A DNA stretch of 64,000 bases from the human T2T-CHM13v2.0 reference genome, Homo sapiens. Positions 11,936-32,010 of this stretch are shown here, piece by piece. The notes under the pieces were generated by a model. It was not told where the DNA came from. It did no database searches and saw nothing but the letters and a program-made list of their open reading frames with translations. Where the stretch lies: the NCBI RefSeq assembly GCF_009914755.1, contig NC_060932.1; one strand, given 5' to 3'. Both the position numbers and the translations under genes were made by a program. Each line of letters begins with the position of its first letter. Position 1 is the first letter of the stretch.

Positions 11936-14484
11936 AAGCAGATTATATCATTTCACCCTGGGGTTGTTGAGGACTAAATAAGTAGGCAATTAAATGAAAC
12001 AAAGAGGAAGTCTTCCTGGAATGAACATATGTCTTTATTTTGGCAACCTTTATTTATAAATCAGGAAAATGTGGGGCAACATGAATTCTAATCCTTAACT
12101 AACCCAAACTCTAACCCTACCACAAGCTAAAGGGATTAGCAGGGGAAATTATACAGAGAAAGGGCTTTATTCTCCTTTGGAAATTTTGACATAGGTTTGA
12201 TAAAGTTGTACTTTCAAAAGATGAACCAAAGACTCTAGACTTCCTTCAGAGCAATAAATATAAACTCTGCATCTCAGTTAGTGTTCCTGCAAATAAGAGG
12301 CTCACATCCTTCATTTAGATGAAGCAGAACTGAACTGACACATGGGATTCTAAGTGGGCACAGTGGTAAGTAAATTAGGCCAAAATGTATAGGAATCAAG
12401 AAAATCTTTGTTTTATTATCCTATAATGTCCTTAATTATATCAGTTGTAGACTCTTAAAACACCCATCTCATCTCAGTACTTCTGTAAAATTGATTCTAC
12501 TCTGATACCTTGAAATTTTGTGCCACCTTGAAAAATTATTTTCCTGTTTACCTATGAATTTTACCTTCAAAAATGGGGTGATATCCTCAGGAAAGCACAG
12601 ACTGGCTCTTATGATATCATTATACACTCAGTGCCAACAAAGTCATTCATATAGCTAGAGTTCAATAAGTATTTGGGGTGCTACTGACAAAATTGTTCAC
12701 CATACCTAGAATGACTCTTCTGTGCCTTGACATAGGGACAGATTACCTGATGAATACATGCTTACTAGGTAACCTCTAGTCACACCCCAGGTGGATAGTT
12801 CTTTTTATAGGATTGTAGAAAATGCTTCCTGCTCTTGATTCCGGATCCTTGCTGTTGATCTTATTTACACTGAGGTTTCTTGACAACCCCTGCTCTGTCC
12901 AAGGGCAGTGACAGGTTGATATGCTAATAGCTGGTTTCTTCTTGTCCCTGCACTGCTCTTCATTGTAAAGAAGAAAGATGCCATGTCAGTAAAATACATT
13001 TTTATATCTTTTGCATTAACCAGTGAGAATAAGATGAGCCAAGCCACTTAACTGCCTCAGAGCTGTGCTGTTCAGTGACCCTGACTGCTCCTTTAGCCTG
13101 GGCTAAATGTGAACAGTGACCTCAAGGTGAAAACTTTCATTGGCTCCTCCTAAATGCCTAATACTTCAATTCCCCTAGGATCTTGAATGTTTTGCTTTGC
13201 AAATAGAAATGTCAAAAGGTCCATCTATAAATTTATATCTAGTGACCCAGTGAAAAATTCTGGCTAAGGATTTATTTACTTAGGGAATGGTTCTAAGCTG
13301 TGAATCAGCTGGAGGGGTGTGGATACCTGTGTGAAAGATGGCACTGGTTTCCTAAAAGGCCCTGCCCTCTGTCTCCTGTCTCACCTTGCTACACATGCTG
13401 GGCAGTACCAAGAGCTGCAGGATAAGCAGCCCGGTGTACTCTGCTTTGGGACAGCGTGATGAGAATCAGCCCAGAGATGGAGATTTTAAAAGATGTTTTA
13501 TTAATGTGTCCCTTGATGGTTCATTTGCTAAGGGTTTACAAATGCTTTATCAATTATTAATGGTCTTTATACCTAGCTTTAAAAAAATCCTTAAAGTTGG
13601 GAAGGATATGGGCATTGAATAATTACACTCACTGCTACTTCTACTAAACAAATGCCTTTTAACAGATAAAGCCAGGATAATCTGGATTAAATTTGTTTAT
13701 CTCTGGGTTTGTTTCCTTTTCATTCCTCAATGAATGAAGATTGCACCTGGAAAAACAGGACACATCATCTAGTTGTTAAAATTGGAACCTAGGAGCCAGG
13801 ACATTCATGGTTTCAAGCTAATGTTTCTCCTGACCTTGGATAATAGTTGGAAAGTCATTTAATAGGTCTCTCTTCTTGACATTTTCAGATTTCTCAGACT
13901 CTATTCTGCTACTCATATCTAAATGAATTATTGAAGATTAATTTAACCAGCCACCCATCAGTTTGCACTTTTCTCACTCTCCATATATCACTTTTGGCCT
14001 GGCTTTTTTCTTGTAAAGATGAAAACTATGACTATCTCTGCATCCTGAATCTCAGTAGATGCGTTTACTGATTCCTCAATACTTCACACTTAGATTTTGT
14101 TGCTTTTAACCAAATGAGGTTTGAAATCAAAGAGAATTTTGCATTCCCTGTATGTGCGTGTGCACATGTGTATAAATGTGTGGATGTTTCAAGGTCAAGA
14201 AGCACAGTGAATTTGCAGACAGGCCAACTTCAAAATAGAAAGCAGTTAGAGTAGCAAACCATTTAGAATGGGCAGCACACAGTGAATCAAGGTGAATCCT
14301 GTTGGTCAGAGTCCTTTTCTCTGACTTTTATGACATGGTTCTCAGATAATTAACCTGGCTATAGAGATTGGTCTACACAAGTACAGCTAGAAGGTCCAGT
14401 ACAATGAGTTTGTTCCTGGAGATTCAATTCTGATGAGAAAACATATGAATCTAAGAAAGAAGGCAAGAATTTACAAAATAAAGC

Positions 14485-14916
14485 ATAATGGTAAATTTTA
14501 TGTGATAACTTTACTTGAACCAACGTGTACTCAGATTAAATATTTCTGTGTGTGTCTGCGAGGGTGTTTCTGGATTAGATTAATATTTGAATCAGTGATC
14601 TCCATAAGTAGATTGCTTTCCCCAATGTGAATGGCCATTATTTAATTCATTGAGGCCCCAAATAGAACAAAAGGCAAAGGAAGAAGGAATTACCCTCTTT
14701 TGTTTTTTGCCTGCCTGTTTTAGATTAGACATTGGTCTTCTTCTGCCCTTGAATTAAGATTTACACCGTCAGCACCCTAGGTTTCTAGGCCTTTGGACTC
14801 AAAGTGGAATTACACCACTGGATTTTCTGGATCTCTAGCTTCCAGATGAAATCATGGGATCTTCAGCCTTCAAAATCACACAAGTGTTTTCCTAAAAGAG
14901 TTTTTCTAAAAGAAAA

Positions 14917-14951
<35 letters not shown>

Positions 14952-15036
14952 CACATATGTATATAAATATATATACATATATATTAGATATATATATCCT
15001 ATTGATTCTATTTCTCAGAAGAACTCTGACTACATA
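14485..15036 (+). mobile_element. ERVL solo LTR, MLT2-family, with internal (CT)n(AT)n
   Basis: taatggtaaattttatgtg ... gtgtctgcgagggtgtttctgga ... aatagaacaaaaggc ... atatatcctattgattctatttctcagaagaactctgact. Confidence 0.85.
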
Positions 15037-16203
15037 GGAGTTGTTGCATTTTAGCTATTGGATATTGTGATATAATAGAACTCCAACCTGTAGTTAGGAA
15101 TACAAAGAATGATGACTCAACACAGTGGGGTAGAGAAATAGAAGGGATTGGTGTAGTATTTGGTGGATACTGTGGACTTGGATGGAATTTCTTCCAATGT
15201 CCTGAAGGAATCTCTCAAGAAGACAGTTTCAGATATGTATACTTCAGTACCACACCCAAGGCAAGACAGAAGCAGACCTATGGGTTAACTCATAGATCCA
15301 GCACAACAGACCTGTGACATTGGATATGAAATTCTTACACTCAGTACCCACTTCTTTCTGTCTCAGCAGCAAAATTGTGCTCTTCTTTCATTCACAGGAT
15401 CAAATTCCTCCTCATCTGGTGCCTGGCCTAAAACTGAAGTTGATCTATTTGTGTTGAGTCTTGGATTGTCAGTTGTATCTCCGAGAGATTTCATCTCTGC
15501 CTTCATTTCTCTGCTACCATGCTAACTTTCTGATAACTCCCTCTCTTCAGAACTTCTTGAGAAACATTTCCCAATGTGCTGTGTGGCCCAAAGACCTGTA
15601 CAGTCAACATTGACAACTCTTTATTGTAAACTCCAACCTCACATTGCAGGAATAATCAGTAATAAAACAAATGCTAAGGCTCATAAGACATTGATGTTGA
15701 GCCTGCTGATGCCAGTTCTGTTCCTGTAGGGTTTATTCTGAGAGACCAAGACTTTGTTAGCCTAGGTCTCAACAGGAAACTGATCAAACACTCAAATTAG
15801 GACATGTTAATAATGATTCATTCTCAAAGCATTACCTCCATAGATGTGGGGGTAGGGAATCACAAGAAAGAGTTTGGTCATCCAGAGTTTGTTCCTCATA
15901 AGCTCAAAAGTATGAGGTCAAAAAGGAGTGCATAAAACCAAAGAGGAAAAGAGTGCTGTAGTGTGTTGCTCACCTTGAGAAGAATAGTACTTCTGTGGAA
16001 GAACACAGCCACCCTGGGGTAGTCACAGGAAGGGAGTTAGAGGACATAGAGAAAGAAGTACCCTGACCTCAATTCTCTTTTTCCTTTGACCTCTAACTGG
16101 GATCCCTATTGGATGAATGTAACTGAAAGCTAGAGGTTGTGGAAACCCAGTCATGTAGTCCCCATGGGCTAGCATCCAACCTTACCACTCTCTTCACACC
16201 AAC

Positions 16204-17652
<1,449 letters not shown>

Positions 17653-18074
17653 CCAACCCAACAAGATTGTTGAAGTGTGGAGAGTTGATCTGGAGGGCAA
17701 TAGAAAGGAAGTCAACAAGGGTCCAAATCTATAGTTGGGACTGATAACTTAATCCTTCATGGATAGAGCTAGAAAACTTAGAGGCAGGGAAGAAAGCAGA
17801 AGCTAATATTAGTGACCCTTTACTCTGCACCAAATCGTAACATGTGCAGTCAACAGAGTTGCTCAAAACTAAAATCAGTATCTTCGATGCTCTGTGATTC
17901 ATAGACAGTATTTGTTTTATTTTCAAATAAATACATTACAATGCCAGTCTATACATGTTTGATTCCACACTAGTCCTTCACTTTGCCTTTCTGGGGATTG
18001 TTTAAGTAATGAGTAGGTTTGAAGTTGTTATGGTTAAAATAGTATGGTATCCTGGCAGAAGCCTATAACAATAA

Positions 18075-18620
18075 CAACAAAAATAATAATAGCCATAATA
18101 AGCACATACAATGTTTCCTGTGTGCTAGGCTGTAGTCTAAACACTTTAACACTTTGGGAGGCCAAAATGGGCAGGTTGCTTGAGCCCAGGAGTTCGAGAC
18201 CAGCCTGGGCAATGTGGCAAAACCTCATTTCTACAAAAAAAAAAAAAAAAAAAATCTGGATGTGATTGCATACTACTATGGTTCCAGCTACTCAGGAGGC
18301 TGAGGGAGAGTATCATTTCAACCTGGAAGGTTAAGGCTTCAGTGAGCCGAGATGGCACTATTGCACAGAGTGAGACCCTGTCTAAAAAAAAAAAAAATAA
18401 GTAAATGATTTAATATAGAGAGTAAACTTCTCAAATCTTAAAATAACTTTATGAGTAGGTACTTTCATTGTCATCACGACTATTTTACAAATGATGGAAC
18501 AGAGGCACAGAAGACTTATGCCATGGGCCCAAGATCCTGAAGCGAGTGAGTGACAGCTGAAATTCAAAGCCAGGTAGTCTGGCTCTAGAGTCTCTGTTTG
18601 TAACCCCTACACAATGCTAC
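18075..18620 (-). mobile_element. MIR SINE interrupted by an Alu
   Basis: aataataatagcc ... tgtgctaggc on the left; attttacaaatgatggaacagaggcacaga ... gtctggctctagagtc on the right. Confidence 0.65.
18150..18397 (+). mobile_element. Alu (AluJ-like), 5' truncated
   Basis: cactttgggaggcc ... gcttgagcccaggagttcgagaccagcctgggcaa ... A tail. Confidence 0.88.
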
Positions 18621-19609
18621 TTTAATTTTTGAAGTCTATGGAATGGCTATGAAGCAGTATGTTCTGATGATAAACATGCTTCAACAAATGCAAGTAGAAT
18701 AGAGCAAATGAGAATTACTATTTAAAAAGATCTTCATAATGAAATTAGAACCCAAACTATACCAATTACCTAAATTAATGATTGTAAAGGTATATCTAGA
18801 GCTCACAGCTTTTAGTTATAAAAGTGAACTACTGATTTTTTGGCAACATGGCAAGTCCTGCCTAATAAAGGCTTCTAAGAAGGAAAATTGGGGCTTTAAC
18901 TTAGAGAAGATGAGTAATTTTTTTTGTCATATTCCCTGTATTAATAAAAACATACAGTGGGGTAGAGATGTGTATATATGAACAAATGACTAAACTGGTG
19001 ATTAACTATATGAAGAGGGATATAGAAACCTCTTCTGGAAATTCACAAGTGTATCCTAAACCAATGCACTGGGCTAGTTCATAACTCAATTTATGCAATA
19101 TTCCCGACAGTTCCCTTTTGCTCCTAGTCTTATTTAGGTTGAAATAAATGATAGACAAGCATCATTGTCCCAGCAGCATTCTAAAAAATGTCTATTACAA
19201 TGCAGTTGCCAAACTTTTCTTTTCAGTATCGGATTTTAATTTGTTTGCCTCTTGTCATTGAGAAATCACTTTTGTTTGGAATTTTAAAGCACCTTTTATT
19301 CTTTCTCACACAATATAATTAATACGTTTTGTTCTAATGCAAAAGCATAAAATATAACTTTTTTGCTATTCTGAAGTTACTAGTTTAGTAGTGAGAATAA
19401 ATTATGTAACTTTAAAATGCTTGCAATGGAAAAGAAAATGTTTTCTGGATAAATTGAATTTTCATTTGTTTTTACTTTTGGGTCTTTAACATCCCCATTC
19501 CTGTTTCATCAGTGACTTATAAAACAATGCTGGAAACAATTCCCTAAGTAATATTCCAGGCCCTGTCCTGGCATTCAGAAAGCACTTTATCTAAACCATC
19601 TTAGAAAGA

Positions 19610-19885
19610 TCCATTCATTCTTTTATTCTTTCAATAAATATTTATTTAATGCTTAACCATAAACTGACTGCCCTGTTCAGCCCAAGTGACACAAAGATGA
19701 AAAGACATTGCCTTTTCCCTTGATGCGCTCACTGTATAGAAGGGAAGACAGATTTTTTTTTTAAACAAAATACATTATAATGAGTATTTGTTGAGATAGC
19801 TGGGGAAACTCAAAGAACACAGCAATTTATTTGGTCACAGGGAGTCAGGAGCCCCTTCACCAAGGAATCAACATTTAAAGGGGTC
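19610..19885 (-). mobile_element. LINE-2 3' end, antisense
   Basis: cattcattc ... ttcaataaatatttattta ... gacacaaagatgaaaagaca. Confidence 0.55.
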
Positions 19886-20543
19886 CAAATAAGGCCATTA
19901 TACAGCTTATAATTTTTTGAAAATTATATATTTAAAATAAAGAAATGATTAAAAATTAAATTTTGAATTTTAAAAATCAAAAATATATATTTTAAAAAAC
20001 ATTGACCAAATGAATGGCTCCACATCTGTGACATTCACTAGAGAATAGAACTGAAGATTAAAGAGATCCATTTTAGCTAGCCAAGTACTTACAACTTTTT
20101 TTAAATTCTAACAACATTTTTGTAAATGTTGCTAGTTGAAATTAGAGTTTCGCACCAAATTAGCTTTATATTCTTTCTCTAACATGGACACAGAAAGATG
20201 TGGATGGGATCTCAGCTCTATTATCTATCCCGCTGCCTAATTTATTTATTCCTAGGCTCACGAACTTGGGCTATTACAATCACTTTATTAAAAGTCCTAA
20301 AAGCAAGAATCTTTTTCTACTTCTTTTTGAAAAAAATAGCAAGTTCTTGGCTATCGTTGGCACTTTGCTCTTCAAGATAAATTTAACAATCGTAGAATCC
20401 AGTTCATAAAAGTCTTTTGGGAATATTTTAGAATTGGTTTGAATATATAGATAAACTTGGGTAGAGTTTATATTATCACAATATTTTTCTCCATAAAATA
20501 ATATATATTTTGCATTTATTTTGATCTTTTAAAATATCATTAG

Positions 20544-20863
<320 letters not shown>

Positions 20864-23279
20864 CTTAGTACAGTTTCATAATTCTCTTCTCTTCCCTACT
20901 CTCTGTTCAGAATTTTTAAAGTAATCTCAAGACAGCAGAGATTCTGCAACCACAGCTACACACCTGATCTTCCAGAGCCCAGCTTCCTGCAAATGCCTGA
21001 ATTCAGTTTGATTTTAACATCTTTGGTTTTCTTCCGAAGCCTTTCCTGATATATTCTATCTCACTATGATCACTTCCTTGCTCTTTTTCCCTTCATTTTT
21101 TTGCTTGACTCTAGTGTGCATTTGTTATGAGGCCTTTTCACCACTCTTGAGTCATTTCCTGTAACATGTTTTGTCTCTCCCTAAGAGCCTATGCGGTTTT
21201 CCACTTTGTTACTCCTCCACTGTACTTAGTAAAGGCCTTGACATTAAATTAGGCTTGTATTCAAAATTATTTATTAAAGGAATAAAAGGCTTGAACAAAT
21301 GATTCTTTTATACAAACAGTGTCTCATTTTCAGAGTCAGTCCCTCTTCCTGATGGATCATGAGGACAGAAATTTCTCCCCTCCTACTGTTAGTCCCTCTT
21401 CTGGGCTTGTCAACATGGGTTTCTTCACACTGAAGAAAAATAATCTATCACTTGGTATCAAACTATTTGCTTTTCAAACTGAATACCTCAGAATAATAAA
21501 TTATAAAAGAAAGGCCATGAATCAAAAATGCCACCTGAATACATCCTGTATTTTTTCTCAGTATAGCCCAAAATGATGGTTGCATTAGAATGAATCATCA
21601 GATAATCAACACAAAAGGCCTCATTTAAGTTCATTATTCATAGTGAGAGCCTGGCTTTGAGCCCTGATACACTTCAGAACTTTGGTTTACAAAGATAATA
21701 AAAACATTCAAAGATATGTCAAACTAACCTGAATGTTCCCATCTCTGTTTAAATGAGATGATCCCTCCGGAAACCAGCTTCCACCTCACCAGGGAGTCAC
21801 CCCCTCAGGACACATCCCCTACCATAAACAACCTATTTTTCTTGGCTGGGCCACCATTTAAGGGGGCTCACTCTGTGCCTCTGATGGAGCAACACTGCTT
21901 CTCACTCAGATGTTCTTTATTTACCCCTCTGTCAAACCAAATATTACACATTATTAAAAATTCCTATCCCACCCTACCTAAGGAGAAAAAGTAGGATTAT
22001 TTGGCCATGTGTTCATCCAGCAAACACTATTGAAGGTCCAATCTGTCTGCAATAGTGTGCTTAGTGCTGAGGGAATGCAGAGTGAACCAGATCATATCTC
22101 TGCCCATAGGCAACTTACACTGAAGATGACATGTAAGAGGAAGGGCAACTTTTATACACAGGGATGCTTAAATGGAGGGACAAAAGATGTCACCAATCAG
22201 CACAAGGGATGGCTGCCTCCCCTGTTCTTGAACAGATACTCAGAGCAGTTTGTACTTAGAGGGTAACAGAAAATACCATGGAAGCGAAGCATTGGGAGAG
22301 CACGGTCTCTGTGGATAGGAGAACTGTTCTAGTTTCATCCCTACTACTAACTAGCTCAGTGACCGATGACAAGACCCTGCTGTGCTCAAGAACTCATGTG
22401 CTCAAGTTTTCTCATGTAAAATGAGAGGATTTTAGACAACGATTTCTAACTTTATCTCCAGCTTCGATTTTTTTATGGTTCTGGGAAACTGCATTTTACC
22501 ATCGACCACTTTAATGATAATGGAACCATTGGATGTTGCACTCCTTGCCATTCATTCTGTATTACATACATCAAGGCTAGAAAGAATAACCTAGCAAATG
22601 CAAACTCTAAACCTTAGTAATCATTTAAATTATAATCAGAGTCCAATAACTGAAATGTGAAGGTACAGCATCCATGGACTATGCAAAAGAACCAAAAATA
22701 ATATGAAAGGTACAGACTTTGAATACATTTAATTACTTTTTAACAAAAGCATTAATCTCTACATGCATTACATATTTAATATACAATATTTTCCCTGTTC
22801 TTTAAAAGATAATTGCTTGGAAAGATGAAAATACCAGTGATTAAAAATTTCTTCTTGATGCATACCTATATTTTATAAAATATATATTAATTTAGACATA
22901 AAACTAAACATTTTAAATTTTTTTTAAAATAAGTATTTTAGCAGGCAATGATTTGAGTGGGTCTAATATCAGCCCACTGATAGTGAGTGATGCCTCCAAG
23001 TTCCTGGAATCACCATGATCCAAAACAACTAACCAGCGAGCCTCCAGCTATGATTCTCTCTTCATCTAGTCTCTGATGCATGTGGAGTCTCTGCCTTCTC
23101 GGTCTGCCATCACCTCACAAGAGTGAGAAGTTCCCAGGCCATTACGCCCAGGGTCCATCCAAGTCAAGGTGGCTGTAGAAACAAAATGTCCCTTCCCTTG
23201 CTCCCTGTTTTCCTACAATTCCCATTCATCCTTTTCCCCATGATCAACTCCATATTTCTCTGAAACCCTCCCTCATCCT

Positions 23280-26803
<3,524 letters not shown>

Positions 26804-27889
26804 CTGCCTAAGTTAATTTATCTCCTGTAAAGATCATCCACAGAAATTTCAGCTATCCTCTTTTCTTTCATTTTTATGTTTTCCTTCAGGAAATCTTCTA
26901 TAACATGCTGAGGCTTTTAGATTTATTTTATTTGCTTTAAAACTAAACTTAAAATTGGATAATATTATTTTATAAAAGGCATAGAAGTTTGAAAATATTT
27001 GATGGTTCATTACTTGAATTATGTGTATATGGACAGATGCTTTCTCTCTTTTCCTTTATTCTACTTTTTTCTTTTCATTCTCAACATTAAAACCACTTTT
27101 TCTTGAAAGAAAAAGTAAGTCACAAGGGAGAGTCAAAGAATATTTGTGTAAGGAGAATGAGAAGGGCCATGAGGATCCTTGAAATGTTGGCAGGTGCCAG
27201 ATATTTATGAGATTCCATGGAAAGGATCTTCAGGTACTTAAATGAACGAAGTACACCAACCAGTATTGCTCCTGTCCAGTGCCTTATCCAAGTCTAGTTC
27301 CAGAAAGTAGTATAGTACTAAGTAAAGTCTAGCAAAGGAGAGCATAATTCCTAGTTATCTAGCAGTGAATGAACCAAGAATTAACACTGTTGGGGAGCAT
27401 TGCAGATGGCAATTCTTATGTAAGATTAATTGCCAAATGAGGGGTAAAAACAATAAGTGCTGATTTTGGATGAGAAACATTCATTAAGGGCTCAGGGACA
27501 CCATAAGGCTTTGTGGATGAAAGACACCACTAGATGTGGGCCTTGATGGAGAGAACTTTGTTAGGTCGAGAGAATTAGGAAGAACATTCTAAACAGAAGC
27601 AGCGGAAAGAAACACTAGTCTGAAGAAGCACATTTTTAAGCAGCAATTAAGTGGCCAAGTCTGACTTAGAATTTGATAATTTACATAAGAGATAGTTGGA
27701 GATCTAAATCTAGAGATTATGTTGTTGATAAAGAAAATCTATTAAACATTTGACTAAGGGTATTTTAGGGATATGAACTTACTCAAAGTTATTGTCGAAA
27801 GAATAAAGCAGACAGAGAATGCAGACAGAACAGGGAGATTTCACCACGTATGTTTCTAATCTATGTTCATTAAATTGTGAAAGGAAAAA

Positions 27890-28120
27890 GAAACTCATAT
27901 TTTTTGAGTACCTACTATATACTCAATCACACTAGATATTTTACATGCATGCCATTTTACTTTTAAAAAACACTTAAAAATTATCAGGTATTAACACTAT
28001 TTTACAAAAAGCAAATCAGTACTTAGATTTAAGTTGTAAAATATTACTTATGTAGTAAGTAGTAGACTGAAGATTTAAAACTAGGTGTGTAGGATTATAA
28101 AACCTGTATTCTTCTGATTT
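27890..28120 (-). mobile_element. MIR SINE, degenerate
   Basis: tttttgagtacctactat ... tattttacaaaaagcaaa ... tagtaagtagtagactgaagatttaaaactagg. Confidence 0.55.
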
Positions 28121-29419
28121 ATGACATTTTGCAATAGAAATGTAAAAAGTGAGGCAGGAAATGTATTATAAAATGTAATATAGAAAAATATGTTAAATGC
28201 TGAGTAATCTGAAATGAAAGTAGAGTTGACAGACAATTTTTAAGTGATGTTTTGAGTCTTCAGAGAAAGAGATACTGAATTAAAGAGTTATATCTAATAG
28301 TATTCATAGCTTTGGTCATATATCCCTCCAATGTCCAGCTCTTTGATAAGAACTGAATTACCAGCTATTGACTTAGCCCTGTCTTGGGTTAGAGGTCTCT
28401 TAAGCTGTCTCTTGACTGGAATCACAATTGGTACTCCTAAAATTTAACATTGAGCTGGAAATTTTGCTGCTATTGCTCTGATCTTTTGCCTCTAAACTTG
28501 TGCTTTGTTTCTAAAACAAGTTTTTGCTTCGTGTCCCAGTTCCAGTAACTTGAGTCTTTTCTTACGATGTGAGCCCAACTCCTTGCTCTAATTTCTTGCA
28601 GGAGTCTCATATTTTCCTAAATGAGCAATTTTACTTCTTTCTCCTTTTGCCTTTTCAGGACCAGATATCCTGCACTAAACCCAGACAAGTAGGCTCTCAT
28701 CTTGCGATGTGCTGCCAGTCCTTGCTGCCCACCTTACTGATAGCAGTTTTGTTTTCCTAAGGAAGCTCATCTACTGGATTATTTCCATTAGCATCTTGCA
28801 TATTTAACTAGCTCCATCTTAAACAACATTAAACAAACAAAAACCCCTCAACTCCACCTCATATATCACTCTTTTTTTTAACTTCTCTTTGCAGCAAAAA
28901 GTTTTTAGACATAATAAAAATTTACAACTCAAATTTTGATATAAAGCAATTGGCACTTTGATCCAGTTCTCTGACCAACCCACAGTCTCAAGAGAGGGTA
29001 GGCTAAAGTTCTTTACCTTGGAATGAAGAATAAGTAGAGTGTCTAGGCTGAAGAATGGCAGGATTGAATTAAGATGGCATGGAGTAGACATTAAATCCCT
29101 AGTATTTTTCCAGCACAATTTCAATCACTCTAATATCAGGAGACATCACAATCACTGCAGATGTCATGGGAGTCCAGATAGTCACAGGATCCAGAATCAT
29201 CCCTGTCTATATTTGAACAGGAGTGGGCAACTGTTATGTGGTTGCGAACTATAGCCAGAACTTGCATGAATGTGGATCACACGGCTGGACCCTTAGAACT
29301 ACCAGCATGATTGCTGCACAGGTCATTTTATTAACCTTGAAATAACGGCCCTCCACATTTTATACAATTGAAATTTTTGGACTCAGTTCATTGGATTATA
29401 GTAGGGTTTCTTGAAACCA

Positions 29420-30865
29420 TGCTCTGTTTCCATTACTCTTTCCATTACTCCAAACCAGTAAAAATCTTGTTTTACTCTCTCTCACTTCACTGAAACTGCT
29501 TTTGTTAAGGTCACTGATGATAACCATAGTGCTAAATTGAATGTACAAATTATTTGTCTTTATTTTACTTGACCTGCATTCAATATACTTGACCACATTC
29601 TCTTATTTCTAACACACTCTTCTCTTGGCTTCCATGACAACATGTTCTGTTTGTTTTCTTCTTTCCTCTAGGGCCATTCTTTCTTAAGTTTCTTTGATTT
29701 CTCAGCCTCTTTCATCTGACCTCTAAATGCTAGAGCCTTCCAGGGTTCCATTCTAAATACTTTTCTATGACTACATGATCTCATTTACTTCTTTGAATTT
29801 AAATAGCATATCTATGCTAATTATTCTTAGGTTTATTTTTCTATTACATAATTCTTTTTTGAGTCTTAAGGTTGTATAGCCAGTAGCCAGTTACACTTAA
29901 TTTTTCTCATAGACACCTCAAGTTTTATTAAAACAAAATTTTATTATAATCAATCTTGTTTTCCCAGTCTTTCCCCTACCTAATCCTATAAATATCCCCT
30001 ATTTCTAAATTTTTCATCTGAGCATTCTCAAGGGTGTTAGATCTAGAAACTAAGGGTCAACTTTGATTCTTTTATCTCCCTTTGCCCTCTATTTAACACA
30101 TGTGCATATCCTGTTAATTATATGTGTATGTAATATTTCAGAATCATCCACGTCCTTTATTTCCAAAATCATCCCCTTAGACTACCATCATCTCTTATTC
30201 GAAGTAGTGTAATAGACAACAGACTGGTCTTTCAGGGACTCATTCCCCTCCAATCTTTTCTTCACATGTTAGCAAAAGAGAGCCTCTTAAGAAATAAATT
30301 AAATAACAATGTCACTCCCCTGCATGAAACCCCTCAGTGGCTTCCCTTTCAACTCAGAAGATAACCCAGTTTCTTGAGCCCTCCCTGCAGGATACCGACT
30401 GAGAACTGGGCCACTAGCCTCATTTCTCACTGAATGCTAGCTCCATGGGTCTTCTCTAAAGTCCTCTGAAATGCAAGATCTTTGTCATCTCAGAAACTTT
30501 GAATTTGTCATTCTTTCTCTATAGGACCATTTTCCTCTCTTCACTTTGCTGTAGGTGTCAGCATAAATGTCAGCTCTACAAAAAAAAAAAAGGTTTTGAT
30601 AATCTTAATTAAAATTGTTTTGTTTTTCAGCTGGTCCTGGTGAAGTTAAAAAATAAATAAACAATAAAATTAGTTTCTGCACAGATTTTATATCTCATGC
30701 CTTTATGTTTCCTTCTTAACATTAATCATTATATCTAAGTATTTATATGGCTTATTTATTTTGAAGGCATAGACTAAAACTGCTGTCCATAACTGTGTCC
30801 TTAACATTACTACTGTGGCTGATACACAGTAGATATTCAATAAATACCTCTCATATCAATGAATT
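29420..30865 (+). mobile_element. Degenerate LINE-2
   Basis: tgaaactgcttttgttaaggtcactgatga; ttctcttggcttccatgaca; aaacccctcagtggcttccc; tail cacagtagatattcaataaata. Confidence 0.7.
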
Positions 30866-31189
30866 GCAAAAAAGAGCTATTATAGAGGGAAAAAATTTAG
30901 GAAGGTATACTATCACAGAGAAAGAAGGAGGAGATCCTTTAAACGAGGAAATTTTGATGTATGGTGTTTTCTTTAGAGCATATAAGAAGAATCAGACCTA
31001 CAGTTAAGAGACAATCTAGAAAAGTTAGAAAGTTACAATCACGTTTAAGAGGCTGTGTCTAACATTTTTTCTCCATATAACTAAACAAGAGCAAGGATTA
31101 TGTAATCTCACTGGTCTGTAGAGGACTTGATCATTACATACCAAATCTTTGCTTATTTCTTTCTGGGAGATACTATGGTGACAATGGTC

Positions 31190-31415
31190 AGATAAAATGG
31201 TTTTAAGTGTTAGGTGTCAGTAGTCGTGTGACTTTACCAAAGTTATGTAACATCTTCAACCCTGAAAAAGGTCTCATTTATTGTTTAGGGGCGATAATAG
31301 CATCTGTTTCATGGTCATATTGTAAAAAATTAATGAAGTAGTATGTATATTTAACACAGTGTCTGGCATGTGTTAAGCACTCAGTAAGTGTTACATGTTA
31401 GCCACTATTATTCTA
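31190..31415 (+). mobile_element. MIR SINE
   Basis: ttaacacagtgtctggcatgtgttaagcactcagtaagtgtta. Confidence 0.6.
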
Positions 31416-31524
31416 TTTATAATGTAAACCACACTTATGAATTAATCTAGCTTTTCCCTAGGTGACAGTCACCACCTCAGCTAAGGCCTACTCCATCTCA
31501 ACTCTCTCTTTGTCAGACTACAGG

Positions 31525-32010
31525 AACATCAAACTGTAGTGTGTGTCAGAGTCGTCACATGGGGAGATCGTTTAAAATGAGCATTCTTGGCTGGGCCCGG
31601 TGGCTCATTCCTGTAATCCCAGCACTTTGGGAGGTTGAAGTGGGTGGATCACCTGAGGTCAGGAGTTCCAGACCATTCTGACCAATATGGCGAAACCCCA
31701 TCTCTACTAAAAATACAAAAATTAACCAGGTGTGGTGGTGAGTGCCTGTAATCCCAGCTATTCGGGAGGCTGAGGCAGAAGGATTGCTTGAAACTGGGAG
31801 ATGGAGGTTGCAGTGAGCCAGGATCGTACCACCTGCACTCCAGCCTGAGAGACAGAGCAAGACTCCATCTCAAAAAAAAAAAAAAGTACATTCATGAGAT
31901 GCACCCCAGAGATTCTTTCATAAATTTGGGGTAAGATCCAGAAATAAGTGCTTATACTAAATATTCCAGGCTATTCTTTATGAAGAAGCAGTTCTGGAAC
32001 TTCATTTGGG
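31525..32010. mobile_element. MER5-type hAT-Charlie fossil interrupted by an Alu
   Basis: tcacatggggagatcgtttaaaatg ... caccccagagattct ... tggggtaagatccagaaat. Confidence 0.5.
31589..31885 (+). mobile_element. Alu (AluSx-like)
   Basis: Full dimeric Alu with A tail. Confidence 0.93.

Noticed and set aside
12088-12122. Interstitial telomere-like (CCCTAA) sequence
   Set aside because: Only two or three degenerate, non-tandem units; compatible with chance.
28630-28700. Strong polypyrimidine tract and AG acceptor at 28657-28658
   Set aside because: No convincing downstream donor or coding frame; isolated acceptors are common in such DNA.
30620-30670. Splice acceptor followed by AATAAA, or a Y-RNA-like 5' fragment (gctggtcc)
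   Set aside because: Match is too short, sits in A/T-rich L2 sequence, and has no convincing TSD or partner exon.
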